From the NCBI GenBank assembly GCA_022749935.1, contig JAKIWQ010000001.1:3664-67663 (forward strand): a DNA stretch of 64,000 bases, in the 5' to 3' direction. Origin of the DNA: Thermoplasmata archaeon. GTDB lineage: Archaea; Thermoplasmatota; Thermoplasmata; Lutacidiplasmatales; UBA184. A model generated the notes under the pieces. That model saw nothing but the letters and a program-made list of their open reading frames with translations. It had not been told where the DNA came from and ran no database searches. The position numbers and the translations under genes are program-made. Below, in pieces: positions 8,646-17,983 of the stretch (position 1 is its first letter; the number at the start of each line of letters is the position of its first letter).

Positions 8646-11600
8646 ATGTCGATATCCGACATCGGTGGACCGCATGGGAGAAGGAACGGACGTCGCGGAG
8701 GACGGTCATTTGATGCGTGTCGAACCTGGCGCGTACGTGGTACGGGGTGGGTACAAGCCATCCAGTCGACCCTTTTGATCATCCTTCTGGTTTCCTCCAT
8801 CCCTTGGGGGACGATTCACTCACGGCCCTTTGATGTCCCCTCTAGCGGAGAGCGATCAGTCTCGACCTCGGCCGAGGTCGCGGCTGTTGCTCCGACTCAC
8901 TCGGTACATGCTGAAGGGCGTACCGAGGTGACAAACTCGCGGTGGGCCCCTACCACAACCGCATACACCTTAGACCCGCTCAACAGGACTTTGATCCAGG
9001 GAGCGTTCAGCCCTCCCGCTCCTGGGTATCCGTGGGGCGCGCTCGACATCCCGTCACTTGGTGAAGTCGTTCTGGGCGACAGCCAAGGCGGCGATGTGTA
9101 CCTGATAAATGCCACTAACGGCGGTGAAGTACGTGCATTGCCTGTGGGCAACACGCCGGACGCATTCGCCTATGATCCGACCACAAGAATTCTGTACTGC
9201 ACCCTGGCAGGAGGCGAAGATGACTCGATTTCGTTCGTGAATCTGTCCACCGGGGAGGTCGAAAGGACGTTGACAGGGATCCACAACGCCGGAGACTTGC
9301 TGTACGATTCATCGAACAATCTACTCTATGTAACGAACTGGAGCGGACTGCTTGAATTGAATGGGTCGACAGGCTCGGTCGAATCCTACCTACCCATTCA
9401 TTGGGGGGTCAAACCGCTCGTCCTCGACCCTCTCACTGGGTCTCTGTTCGTAGCAGATGCTGGCAATGGCACAGTCTACATAATCAACACGAGCCTGAAT
9501 CAGGTAAAATCGAATCTGACGATCCATAACAGTGGCGGCGGCTCGGCGGTTGCGATGCTCTTCGATCCGCACAGCCGGCAGATCTACACGGCCGACTACG
9601 GAGACGGAAACGTGTCTGTTATCGACGCTACTTCTATGAAGGTAAACCGGACCACCCCCGAAATCAATTTAGGAGGCGTGCTCACCTCCCTTGCCCTGAA
9701 CCCCACGACCCATGAGGTGTATGTCAGTAACTGCGCCCCGCCCCCCCTCAACTTTCGAACCTGTATCATCTACGACTCAAATGACACTCTCGCGTCCCAG
9801 ACACTCCCGGACTCCTTTCCGGCCTTCCTCGCGTACGACTCGGCCTCGAGTCACCTGCGGGTCATCATCAACTACGAGTCGAGCTATGGGTTCAGCGGCT
9901 CGGACGACCGCCAAGTTGGTTTCGTATCGATCGTTACCTCCTACCTCGGGGGGGCGTTGGATTCAGCGAACGGCCTCGAATACATTGCGACGCCGGCGCT
10001 GGGGGGGGTTTGCGTGCTCCCGGGGACGATCACCGTCCTGGATCCAAGCCCGAAACCTTCCTTCGTCGCTTCTCTGCCAGTCGGAGATGGTCCCAGCCAG
10101 GTGGCCTACGACTCAGCCGACGGTCGAATCTTTGTCACGAATTACTGCTCGAATTCGGTGAGCGTGATTGACGCGACGAACGATTCGATAGTCCGCCTTG
10201 ATCTCCCGGTCGGCTCCGAACCGTACGGGATCACCTTCGACTCTCTCAAGGACACAATTTGGATTGCGGACTACAATTCACAGAACCTGACAGTGCTCAA
10301 CGGGTCCACGCTTGCGACGGTCCGGACGGTCACCTTGCCGCTAGCATATCCGTACGGTCTGGCAATCGACCCAACCGCACACTCGGTGTTCGTCTCGGAT
10401 ATTGTCGGCAACGCGGTGACCGTAGTGAATTCGACCACCTATAGCATTTCAACCCTGATGATCCCAGTCGGATCTAGCCCCCAAGGGATCTTTTACGACC
10501 CCCAGAATGGAAATGTGTATGTTGCGAATGGTGGCTCGGACAACATCACGGTAATCAATGGCACGAACGATAGTGTAGTCGAGTCAATCGCGACCGCCGG
10601 AGGGACGACGGCCCTCGCCCTTGATCCGATCGACCACCTGATCCTCGGCACCAACGCGGGGGGAAGTCGGATCATCGTGCTCGACGCACTCACAAACCTA
10701 GCGGAGTTCTCGAGTCTTCCAGCCTCCGGGAACCCGCAGGGGATCGTCTACGTCCCAACGGACCACCAGGTTGACGTGTTCAACTTCGGAGCCAGCGCCA
10801 TCAACATTCTGGCCGACGCTCCGACCCTTTCCAACTTCACTGCGAACCCAGCCCAATCCGAGGTTGGGACCCTGCTTACCTTCTTCGCTATCGCCGCCAA
10901 CGGCACTCCTCCCTACGCCTTCTCGTACTCCGGACTTCCCCCCGGATGCGCATCGACCGACAGCGTCGTCATCGCATGCACGCCCACCCTCCCGGGCCAG
11001 TTCGTTGTGACCCTCACCGTCGTTGACTCGGCGAGCTACTTCTGGTCCGCCACTCTCAAAGTATCTGTGTGGACCCACTTAGGGTCCGGAGCCCTGAGCG
11101 TCAGACCCCCGACGATCGACTTGGGGATGACGACCACGTTCGCCCTCACCGGGGCGGGTGGAGTACCGCCGGTCACTTACGCCTACCAGGGCCTCCCGTC
11201 CGGCTGCTCCTCCTCCGACAGTCCCTTCGTGAACTGCACCCCTGCGGGGGTGGGCAGTTTCGTTGTGGTTGGGTTCGTGACGGACAATCTCGGTGTGGTT
11301 TCTGTCGCTGCGACTGGTCTTAGGGTGAATCCGCCGCCTCTGGTCGAGGCGTTCGTCAATACCCCCACTACCATTCTGGTGAACTCGTCCGTCCTCCTCC
11401 TCGCAAGTGTCTCTGGGGGTACTGCCCCCTTCAGCTACTCGTATCGCGGGCTCCCACCCGGATGCTCCTCCACCGACTCCACCGCACTGGGCTGCACGCC
11501 TACCGTTCCGGGAAACTTCACCGTCACCCTCACCGCGAGTGATTCCCTAGGGCGAAGTGTGAACGCGAGCCTACCAATCACCGTCTTGCCCCCGCCGGTC

Positions 11601-12041
11601 GCGACACTTCCTCCACAGATCTCGGCCTTCTTTGCGGACCCATCGACGGTGACGATCGGAACTAATGTCACTTTCTACGTGCTGCACACAGGTGGGACTC
11701 CCTCCTATACCCTGAGTTGGACGGGGCTCCCCGCTGCTTGTCTGGTGAACAATCAAACCGCCTCCACCCTAACATGCCGCCCCACTCAAGTCGGTAGTTT
11801 CTCGGTCCGGGTCAATCTGACCGATGCGCTCGGTCGATCAGTGGAGAGCCGGACCTCCCTAACGGTGCTTGCGGCCGAGCCAAACGCCACGGTTCCCCCT
11901 GCCCCACCCGAAATCTTGGGATTGACTCTCGTCTACCTTGGGGTGATAGCCGCAGTTATCGGGGGCGTCGTGGGGGCAATCGCGACGCTTCTCATCTCGC
12001 GTGGCAGACAGAAGCCAAGGAATGATACCATGTCGACGTAG
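8646..12041 (+). CDS. YVTN beta-propeller/Ig-repeat surface protein, paralogue of 1831-5169 (start uncertain)
   Basis: Collinear with 1831-5169 (AYTLDPLN, IHWGV, ATPALGGVCVLPGT, FFADPSTVTIGTNVT); four GLP-x-x-C repeats; C-terminal TM. Confidence 0.85.
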   Translation: MSISDIGGPHGRRNGRRGGRSFDACRTWRVRGTGWVQAIQSTLLIILLVSSIPWGTIHSRPFDVPSSGERSVSTSAEVAAVAPTHSVHAEGRTEVTNSRWAPTTTAYTLDPLNRTLIQGAFSPPAPGYPWGALDIPSLGEVVLGDSQGGDVYLINATNGGEVRALPVGNTPDAFAYDPTTRILYCTLAGGEDDSISFVNLSTGEVERTLTGIHNAGDLLYDSSNNLLYVTNWSGLLELNGSTGSVESYLPIHWGVKPLVLDPLTGSLFVADAGNGTVYIINTSLNQVKSNLTIHNSGGGSAVAMLFDPHSRQIYTADYGDGNVSVIDATSMKVNRTTPEINLGGVLTSLALNPTTHEVYVSNCAPPPLNFRTCIIYDSNDTLASQTLPDSFPAFLAYDSASSHLRVIINYESSYGFSGSDDRQVGFVSIVTSYLGGALDSANGLEYIATPALGGVCVLPGTITVLDPSPKPSFVASLPVGDGPSQVAYDSADGRIFVTNYCSNSVSVIDATNDSIVRLDLPVGSEPYGITFDSLKDTIWIADYNSQNLTVLNGSTLATVRTVTLPLAYPYGLAIDPTAHSVFVSDIVGNAVTVVNSTTYSISTLMIPVGSSPQGIFYDPQNGNVYVANGGSDNITVINGTNDSVVESIATAGGTTALALDPIDHLILGTNAGGSRIIVLDALTNLAEFSSLPASGNPQGIVYVPTDHQVDVFNFGASAINILADAPTLSNFTANPAQSEVGTLLTFFAIAANGTPPYAFSYSGLPPGCASTDSVVIACTPTLPGQFVVTLTVVDSASYFWSATLKVSVWTHLGSGALSVRPPTIDLGMTTTFALTGAGGVPPVTYAYQGLPSGCSSSDSPFVNCTPAGVGSFVVVGFVTDNLGVVSVAATGLRVNPPPLVEAFVNTPTTILVNSSVLLLASVSGGTAPFSYSYRGLPPGCSSTDSTALGCTPTVPGNFTVTLTASDSLGRSVNASLPITVLPPPVATLPPQISAFFADPSTVTIGTNVTFYVLHTGGTPSYTLSWTGLPAACLVNNQTASTLTCRPTQVGSFSVRVNLTDALGRSVESRTSLTVLAAEPNATVPPAPPEILGLTLVYLGVIAAVIGGVVGAIATLLISRGRQKPRNDTMST

Positions 12042-12061
12042 CAGATGCCCGGCCTGTAAAG

Positions 12062-12244
12062 GCTGGTCAACCGGACTCGGACGTGTAGGCGGCCCGGGTG
12101 TAGGCAGCGACCCTCCAAAGTCTGTCCGGACCCCTCGCGCACGAGCGGCGCAAGGCGGCCTGGTTCTCCGTGCGGTACGGGATTATGGAGGGACAGTACC
12201 GAAGAGGGGGTTCCTTCCACGTCGGATCCCGATTCACATCATGA
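12062..12244 (+). pseudogene. Second remnant of the small DWR/AAWF gene, with in-frame stops
   Basis: Hand translation AARV*AA...HERRKAAWFSVRYGIMEGQYR matches RARVKAA...RDWRHAAWFYARFGITEGQFR. Confidence 0.65.
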
Positions 12245-12623
12245 CGCCGATTGACGAATCCGTCAAGAGAACGGCGGAAAGCCAGAGCCTAGATTGCCGG
12301 TGTGGGAAGACCCCCTTCACGAGGCTCATGGATTCCTGACTTCGGAGGCCCTTGGCCTGATAGCCGTAGTCCACGCCTCCATGGTCACCTGGGGTCTTGT
12401 GCCACTCTGCTATCATGGTCGGAAAGATTGGTGTGGCCCCGTCCGTCCAAACAGGCTGTGACGTAGGTCGTGGCCGGTGCCACTGGCTCCCGCCCCGTGC
12501 GGGTTCTACAGGCCTGACGGTTCCCTAAGGAAATGCCAGGTCTAGCGGGCGTCGGATTCACCTCCTCGAGGGTTCGAATACTCGCAACGGGGCGATTCTA
12601 CGAGGTGATTAGCGGGGCATGGA
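12147..12623. repeat. Att-proximal arm, copy 2
   Basis: Homologous to 5273-5746; ends in the tRNA-iMet 3' end. Confidence 0.9.
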
Positions 12624-12712
12624 TTTGAACCATGGATCTACGGGTTATGAGCCCGTCGGGATTTCAGGACGGCCGGGATTCCCGGACGTTTTCCTGACTA
12701 CCCTACCCCGCT
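12610..12712 (-). tRNA. tRNA-iMet(CAT) with a 28-nt D-loop intron (12663-12690)
   Basis: AGCGGGG/CCCCGCT acceptor stem with A1:U72; ACGGG-CTCATAA-CCCGT arm with three G:C pairs; T-arm CATGG-TTCAAAT-CCATG; insert folds as CAGG[AAA]ACG...CGT CCTG[AAA]. Confidence 0.93.
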
Positions 12713-12871
12713 GCGCGGCGCCCATGGAGGGCTCCGTATATGAGCTTCAACCTCGGCGGAGCGGACTCGATGGCCTCTCGATGGGTTCCTGTCGAAAGGG
12801 TCGTGCGTCGACCTCGTAGAATCACCGGGTGACCACAATCCCATTTACTCCCCCGTCGCGAAGTGAAGGGC

Positions 12872-13906
12872 ATGCGGGTGGGTGCATTCTCCGTCGTCGA
12901 GTCCCGATCGGGCGCCTCGGCCGAACCGCTGGCGGAGCGCTTCGACGAGCTCCTCCGATTGGTCGAGACCTCGGAGCGCGCCGGGCTTACGTCCTTCTGG
13001 GTCGCGGAACATCACTTTCAATCGAGTGGATTGTGCCCATCTCCGCCCGTGTTGCTGGCGGCCGCCGGCCAGCGAACCGGGTCCATCCGGCTCGGGTCCC
13101 TCGTGTGCGTGCTCCCGTTTCATCGGCCGATCGACGTGGCCGAGGAGTACTCCCTGCTCGACGTGCTCCTTCACGGGAGGCTCAACCTGGGGGTCGGCTC
13201 CGGATACGTGCCGCTCGAACTCGACGCCTACGGGGTCCCGGGGGCGTCCAAGCGGGAATGGTTCGATCGAAACCTGGCGGAGGTACACGCGGCCCTCCGG
13301 GGAGAGGCGATCGGGATTCCCGGGGGCGGGTCGGTGCGACTAAACGTGCGCTCTCCTCAGATGCCCCATCCCCCGATTTGGGTAGCGGCCCAGCGTCGAG
13401 AAAGCGTTCCTCACGTCGCAAGGGCGGGACTGTCCATCGCGTTCCTCCCGTACGCGACGTTTCAAGACCCTACCGAACTCGGAGCGTCGATCAGGGAGTA
13501 CCGCAGGGCCCTGCCGGAGGGGGTCCAGGGGACGGTCTCCGTCGCGATGCCGGTCTACGTCGGAGAGGACACCGGACGGGCGACCCGGGCCCTCGATCGT
13601 CACCTCCAGAGTCGCCCGTCGTCGCAACAAGGGTTCTACGAAGGGGCCGTGCGCCGGGGTCCTTCCCTCATTTCGGCCGCCGCGGTCGAGCGGGCCGGAT
13701 TCGCCCTGTTCGGCCCATCGTCCGATCTCCCCGACCGTCTCGAGGAGTTTGACCGGCTCGGCGTGGACGAGATCCTGGGAATGTACGACATTGGGGACCT
13801 GCCGGCCGAACGGGTCGTCCAGTCGATCCGACGGATTGGCTCGGTCTGCCCGGGGGCCGTCGGCCTCGCGCCGATGGGGGTTCGTTCGACCGCCGCTGCG
13901 AGATAG
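12872..13906 (+). CDS. LLM-class (luciferase-like) flavin-dependent oxidoreductase
   Basis: FWVAEHHF, PSPPVLLAAA, RLNLGVGSGY, PPIWVAA motifs. Confidence 0.9.
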   Translation: MRVGAFSVVESRSGASAEPLAERFDELLRLVETSERAGLTSFWVAEHHFQSSGLCPSPPVLLAAAGQRTGSIRLGSLVCVLPFHRPIDVAEEYSLLDVLLHGRLNLGVGSGYVPLELDAYGVPGASKREWFDRNLAEVHAALRGEAIGIPGGGSVRLNVRSPQMPHPPIWVAAQRRESVPHVARAGLSIAFLPYATFQDPTELGASIREYRRALPEGVQGTVSVAMPVYVGEDTGRATRALDRHLQSRPSSQQGFYEGAVRRGPSLISAAAVERAGFALFGPSSDLPDRLEEFDRLGVDEILGMYDIGDLPAERVVQSIRRIGSVCPGAVGLAPMGVRSTAAAR

Positions 13907-13952
13907 AAGAAGGGGCGGGGAAGGGGTTGGCTCCGGCGGTGTCGGGATCGAC

Positions 13953-14111
13953 CTACGGGTGCTTGGCCATTTTGAGGATTTCTGCCTCAGGCACATCCTT
14001 CTGGTGGGTGTGTTTGAGGTGCCACTGAACCGTGGCGACCAGTTCCTTCTGGTCCTTCGAGACGACTTCGAACCCGTCGGCACACTCGACTTTCATCCTT
14101 CCGCATCCCAT
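13953..14111 (-). CDS. Small DUF1059-like metal-binding protein
   Basis: KVECADGFEVVSKDQKELV...HLKHTH pattern; start at 14111 or 14096. Confidence 0.7.
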   Translation of the reverse strand: MGCGRMKVECADGFEVVSKDQKELVATVQWHLKHTHQKDVPEAEILKMAKHP

Positions 14112-14239
14112 GGTTTCACTCTGCCCACCGTGCGGTGGACGAGGGGGAGTAGGACTCCGCCGGGATATAGGGGCTAGTAGTGGCCCCGAATGACAACAAC
14201 CCGCGCTCTGCGGCGAAGGCGAGCCCCTCCGGCGGGCGA

Positions 14240-15106
14240 TTACCTCGTCCGGCGGACCTTCGGCCCGGGTTTTGCAGGGGGTCGGGTTCGAGGGGCTCGA
14301 CGCACCCGCCACGTGGCCGGTCCCGCGCGTTCCCACATCCCGTCAAAGTAGAGCCCTTGGCTCCGTATGAAATCGGGGTTGTCCGTCCAGATGGCCACCT
14401 CCTGCACTCCCCGTGCGTGTCCATTGGGAACCGGGAAGATCAGCACTTCCCGGTCGTCGACGATCGTCACGCGCGCCGATTGTGGGTAGAGCTGGCGGAT
14501 CTCCAAGGAGGGGAACAACCGGCTCGACCGTTCGAAGCCGTGAAGGACGGACCGCACGCGGGGGTCGGATTCGACGATCATCCGGACGCGTCCTCCGGAC
14601 CGGAGGAACCGGGGGATCTCTTGCTGGATCCCGTACTCGACCGAACGTCGAAGGCCACTGTGAGTGATCATGACGGACAGATTAGTCCGAGCTCGCTTCA
14701 CCATCTCCCGTAGGAGGGGGTAGATCCCGGGCGCTCCTTGCAGGACTTGAAAGCGCGGCGCCCCCGCCTGGCTTTGATCGAGATAGGTGGGGAGCAGTTC
14801 GGTCAGTGCCGTCGCCAGCTTCTCGTCCTCGGTGACTCCGGAACGCTTGGTCTCGAGATGCTCGTCGAACAGGGTTCGGGGGGCGACGGGGACATAGCGT
14901 CGGGGGCGCTCGGCTGTCACTGTGACGGTCCCCCGGGCGCGGAGTGCATCCAACATGCGGTAGGCGACCACGCGGTCCGATCCGGCCTCCCGCGCCAGTT
15001 CCGGTGCGGTCGACGGTCCGCGTTGGAGCAGAGCGAGATAGAGCTGGGCCTCCCGCTCGTTCAAGCCGAAGCGGACTAGCGACTGGATCATCTCGGTACG
15101 GTCCAC
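14240..15106 (-). CDS. TrmB-family transcriptional regulator
   Basis: FGLNEREAQLYLALL HTH, RPRRYVPV, C-terminal PLD-like effector domain (TIVDDREVL). Confidence 0.9.
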   Translation of the reverse strand: MDRTEMIQSLVRFGLNEREAQLYLALLQRGPSTAPELAREAGSDRVVAYRMLDALRARGTVTVTAERPRRYVPVAPRTLFDEHLETKRSGVTEDEKLATALTELLPTYLDQSQAGAPRFQVLQGAPGIYPLLREMVKRARTNLSVMITHSGLRRSVEYGIQQEIPRFLRSGGRVRMIVESDPRVRSVLHGFERSSRLFPSLEIRQLYPQSARVTIVDDREVLIFPVPNGHARGVQEVAIWTDNPDFIRSQGLYFDGMWERAGPATWRVRRAPRTRPPAKPGPKVRRTR

Positions 15107-15372
15107 GGGAACTCAAACCTCGCCGCCGGGGACCCGAGTAGACGGTTGTCATTACAAAAGCTACGGGGTCACTCGATATCGAACGTCCCCCTCAGGCGCA
15201 GCCCGAGGGCCCGGATCGGGCGACGCGCACATCGGGCGCGCGATGGAGGCTCCGTGGTGCATCGCGACGGAGAGTCGGAAGACTCGCACCGTGCCGACCC
15301 GGTACGCCCGCCGAGTTTCACAGGACCGGGGGATGACCCCCCATCCGGAGGTTCGACGGGCCCGCGAATGTT

Positions 15373-15762
15373 TCAGCCCTTGGGGGGCTGGTACAGACCC
15401 ACCGTGTTTCCTTCGCTGTCCTTGAAGTAGCCCGTGAAGCCCATGCTGCCGTCTCCGATGGGCTGTTTCTTCTGGATGATCTTTCCCCCATTCTTCTCGA
15501 CCGACTTCTCGGCCGCGGTCAGATCGTCCACGATGATCGTCACGACCGGATGCTCAAGAGGGCCCCCGCGTTTCCCGATCCCGCCACCGATGGACCCAGG
15601 TTTGGTAGGCATTCCCTGGTCATCGACGGGTCCGGTGCTGACCATCGTGTAGTCCATCCCCGGCATCTCGTTCATCTTCCAGCCGAACGTCGTCGAGTAG
15701 AACTTTCGGGCGCGTTCGGGTTTGTCCGCGGGTATCTCAAAGTGGCCCACTTCTCCGGTCAT
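15373..15762 (-). CDS. VOC/glyoxalase-family protein
   Basis: HFEIPADKPERARKFY...FGW, FKDSEGNTVGL. Confidence 0.9.
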   Translation of the reverse strand: MTGEVGHFEIPADKPERARKFYSTTFGWKMNEMPGMDYTMVSTGPVDDQGMPTKPGSIGGGIGKRGGPLEHPVVTIIVDDLTAAEKSVEKNGGKIIQKKQPIGDGSMGFTGYFKDSEGNTVGLYQPPKG

Positions 15763-15957
15763 GGCTCTTCGGGCGAGGGAGTACCTCGGCGATTAAAGGA
15801 GTTCGGAGAGAGGGTGAAACGCCCGCCCCCGACCAGGCCGAAGAGTGGAGTCTGAGACCGCAGGCGCGTCCGGGTCGTGCGATGTCGCGCGGATCCTGGC
15901 CGCGGCGGAGACATCGTGGTCGACCCGGGGGTCGACCGGGAAGTACGAAGCCTAGGG

Positions 15958-17094
15958 TCAGCTCCCGGCCGGGTTGGCGATGCTGACCGAGTGGATGGCC
16001 GGGAACTGGTACGGGACCAGTCTCCACGTCTTTCCCGCGTCGGGGCTGACGAAGAGTTGGCCGGTCGTCGTACCGACGTAGATCCCCGCCGGATCGAGGT
16101 TATCGGCCGCGATCCCCTCCCGCTGCACCCCGAAGTCGCCGGGAAAGGCCTTCGGGGCGAGCAACTTTCGCCACGTGCGGGTCTTGTCGTTCCACTCCTG
16201 GACCTGGAAGTACCCTAGGCCTGTCGTGCGGCCCTTCCCGTCGAGGCGAACGAAGTAAGCCTTCCCGGGTGTGGAGGCCGGCGACGCGACTCCGAACCCG
16301 AAGTCTTCGCCCAGCGGCTTTCCGATCCGAACCCACTTCTCCATCCGGTCGTGGGAGACATACATTCCCCCGTGGTCCTGCCGATAGAACGTGTCAGGGT
16401 CCGCGGCGTCCGCGACCACGTGGTGGACGCACTGGCCGGTCTCCGGGTACTTGTTCGGAAGGAACGGCGCTTCCACCCCCTTGTTCTTGGGGGTCCAGCT
16501 CTGCCCCCCGTCGTCCGAGCGGAACGTTCCGACGGCGGACAATCCGACGTACAAGCGACGGGCATCCCGCGGGTCGAGGAGGATGGTGTGCAGACAGGGG
16601 CCGCCGAACCCTGGGGCCCAATCCTTCCTGCCGGGGTGGTTGTTCAGACTGTCGACGGGTTCCCAGCTGGCGCCGAGGTCCGAGCTTCGGAAGAGCAGAT
16701 GGGGGTCGGCCCCGAGGTAGAGCGTCTTCGGTTCGCTGGCGATGCCGGGTTCGATGTGCCAGAGGTTGTTGATCGGCCGCTTCACGGGGGTCGCAGGGTC
16801 GGATTCGTTCATTTCCGGTTTGCGATCCTTCTTCGCGGGCGCCAGAGGCGTCGCGATCTCCTTCCAGGTCTTGCCCCAGTTCTTCGATCGTTGCACGGTG
16901 GGGCCCCAGAACCCATTGTTCACGGCCGCGTAGAGGTCCCCCGGGTGCCGGGGGTCCGCCACGACATGATAGATCTCCTCCCCTTCGTGGGACACGGGGC
17001 CCACCTTCCACGTCTTACGACGGGTGTCGCCCTCGACCACGTAGGTCCCCTTCCGCGTTCCCACCAGAATCCGCAACCGATTGTCCTTCGGCAT
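15958..17094 (-). CDS. BNR/Asp-box (sialidase-like) beta-propeller protein
   Basis: ILVGTRKG start; Asp-boxes RSSDLGASW, RSDDGGQSW, SPDAGKTW; PCLHTI, GQCVH, RQDHGG. No signal peptide. Confidence 0.88.
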   Translation of the reverse strand: MPKDNRLRILVGTRKGTYVVEGDTRRKTWKVGPVSHEGEEIYHVVADPRHPGDLYAAVNNGFWGPTVQRSKNWGKTWKEIATPLAPAKKDRKPEMNESDPATPVKRPINNLWHIEPGIASEPKTLYLGADPHLLFRSSDLGASWEPVDSLNNHPGRKDWAPGFGGPCLHTILLDPRDARRLYVGLSAVGTFRSDDGGQSWTPKNKGVEAPFLPNKYPETGQCVHHVVADAADPDTFYRQDHGGMYVSHDRMEKWVRIGKPLGEDFGFGVASPASTPGKAYFVRLDGKGRTTGLGYFQVQEWNDKTRTWRKLLAPKAFPGDFGVQREGIAADNLDPAGIYVGTTTGQLFVSPDAGKTWRLVPYQFPAIHSVSIANPAGS

Positions 17095-17107
17095 GTTCTC
17101 GATGTCC

Positions 17108-17407
17108 CTATCCTCCCGCAATCGAATGGAGGATATCTATGGTTCGGGCGCCGGTCAGGGGTGTGCCCACCCCCGTCGTCCCACTTACATCGACCCCGTC
17201 CACGAAGACCCGGACGTATCGGCGCAATTGTCCGGTCTCGTCCCGGACCTTGAACCGGAGACGGGGGTACCGCGTTTCCAGTACGTCAATCAGGTGCGCG
17301 ACGGAATCCGCGGCCACCTGCTCCTTGCTCTTGGGGCCGAATTCCCGGAGCCATCCGTCGACGTGCACTTCGAGCATGGGGGAAATGGGAGCTCGGGGCC
17401 TGCTCAT
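17108..17407 (-). CDS. MoaD/ThiS/SAMP ubiquitin-like protein
   Basis: DETGQLRRYVRVFVDG and C-terminal SIAGG. Start at 17407 or 17377. Confidence 0.88.
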   Translation of the reverse strand: MSRPRAPISPMLEVHVDGWLREFGPKSKEQVAADSVAHLIDVLETRYPRLRFKVRDETGQLRRYVRVFVDGVDVSGTTGVGTPLTGARTIDILHSIAGG

Positions 17408-17527
17408 GTCGGTTTCGCTCCGGGACACGGTTCGTCTCCGGCCGACGCGGCCCCTCTGTCGTCGCACTCCAGCGTCGGCGTGCCCCGCCCGGATAAAGGT
17501 CAATAGAATGGGGGCCGTCGGTAGGAG

Positions 17528-17983
17528 ATGATGGACGTATCATCCACCCCCGAGAAGGAGGGATCCCAGCCGAATCCGAAGCGAATCTCGATCGGATCCA
17601 TTGTCGTCGATTGCACCAAGCTCGACCAGATGATCGCCTTCTGGAGCGAGGCGCTCCACTACGTTCCCCAAGGTCCCATCCGACCCGATGGGGTCATGTT
17701 GAAGGACCCCAAGGGTGGCGGCCCCAACCTGAACATGAGCCTGTCGAGCGAGGGCCCCCTCGCCGAATACCGGCTCCACCTGGACCTCTACGTCACCGAC
17801 CCCCTCGCCGAAGCCGAGCGGCTGATCGGCCTAGGAGCGACGATGAACTTTCCGGCCGAGAAGGGCCGGGATTTCGTCACCCTCGCGGACCCCGACGGGA
17901 ACCTATTCTGTTTGATCGACATCGATTGGCCCGCGGAACGGAACTCCTGGGCGGACGACTGGGAGTTCGGACGGCGAACCTGA
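17528..17983 (+). CDS. VOC family protein (glyoxalase_6 type)
   Basis: IVVDC...FWSEAL, RLHLDL, TLADPDGNLFC. Confidence 0.88.
   Translation: MMDVSSTPEKEGSQPNPKRISIGSIVVDCTKLDQMIAFWSEALHYVPQGPIRPDGVMLKDPKGGGPNLNMSLSSEGPLAEYRLHLDLYVTDPLAEAERLIGLGATMNFPAEKGRDFVTLADPDGNLFCLIDIDWPAERNSWADDWEFGRRT

Larger units (their letters stand above)
5747..12623. mobile_element. ~6.9 kb integrated element at tRNA-iMet with no recognisable integrase
   Basis: Bounded by the tRNA 3'-end direct repeat, lower GC than the flanking core genes. Contains only a small ORF, two surface-protein genes and a gene remnant. Confidence 0.7.

Noticed and set aside
12619-12819. 66-aa ORF MDLNHGSTGYEP...
   Set aside because: It is the antisense reading of tRNA-iMet.
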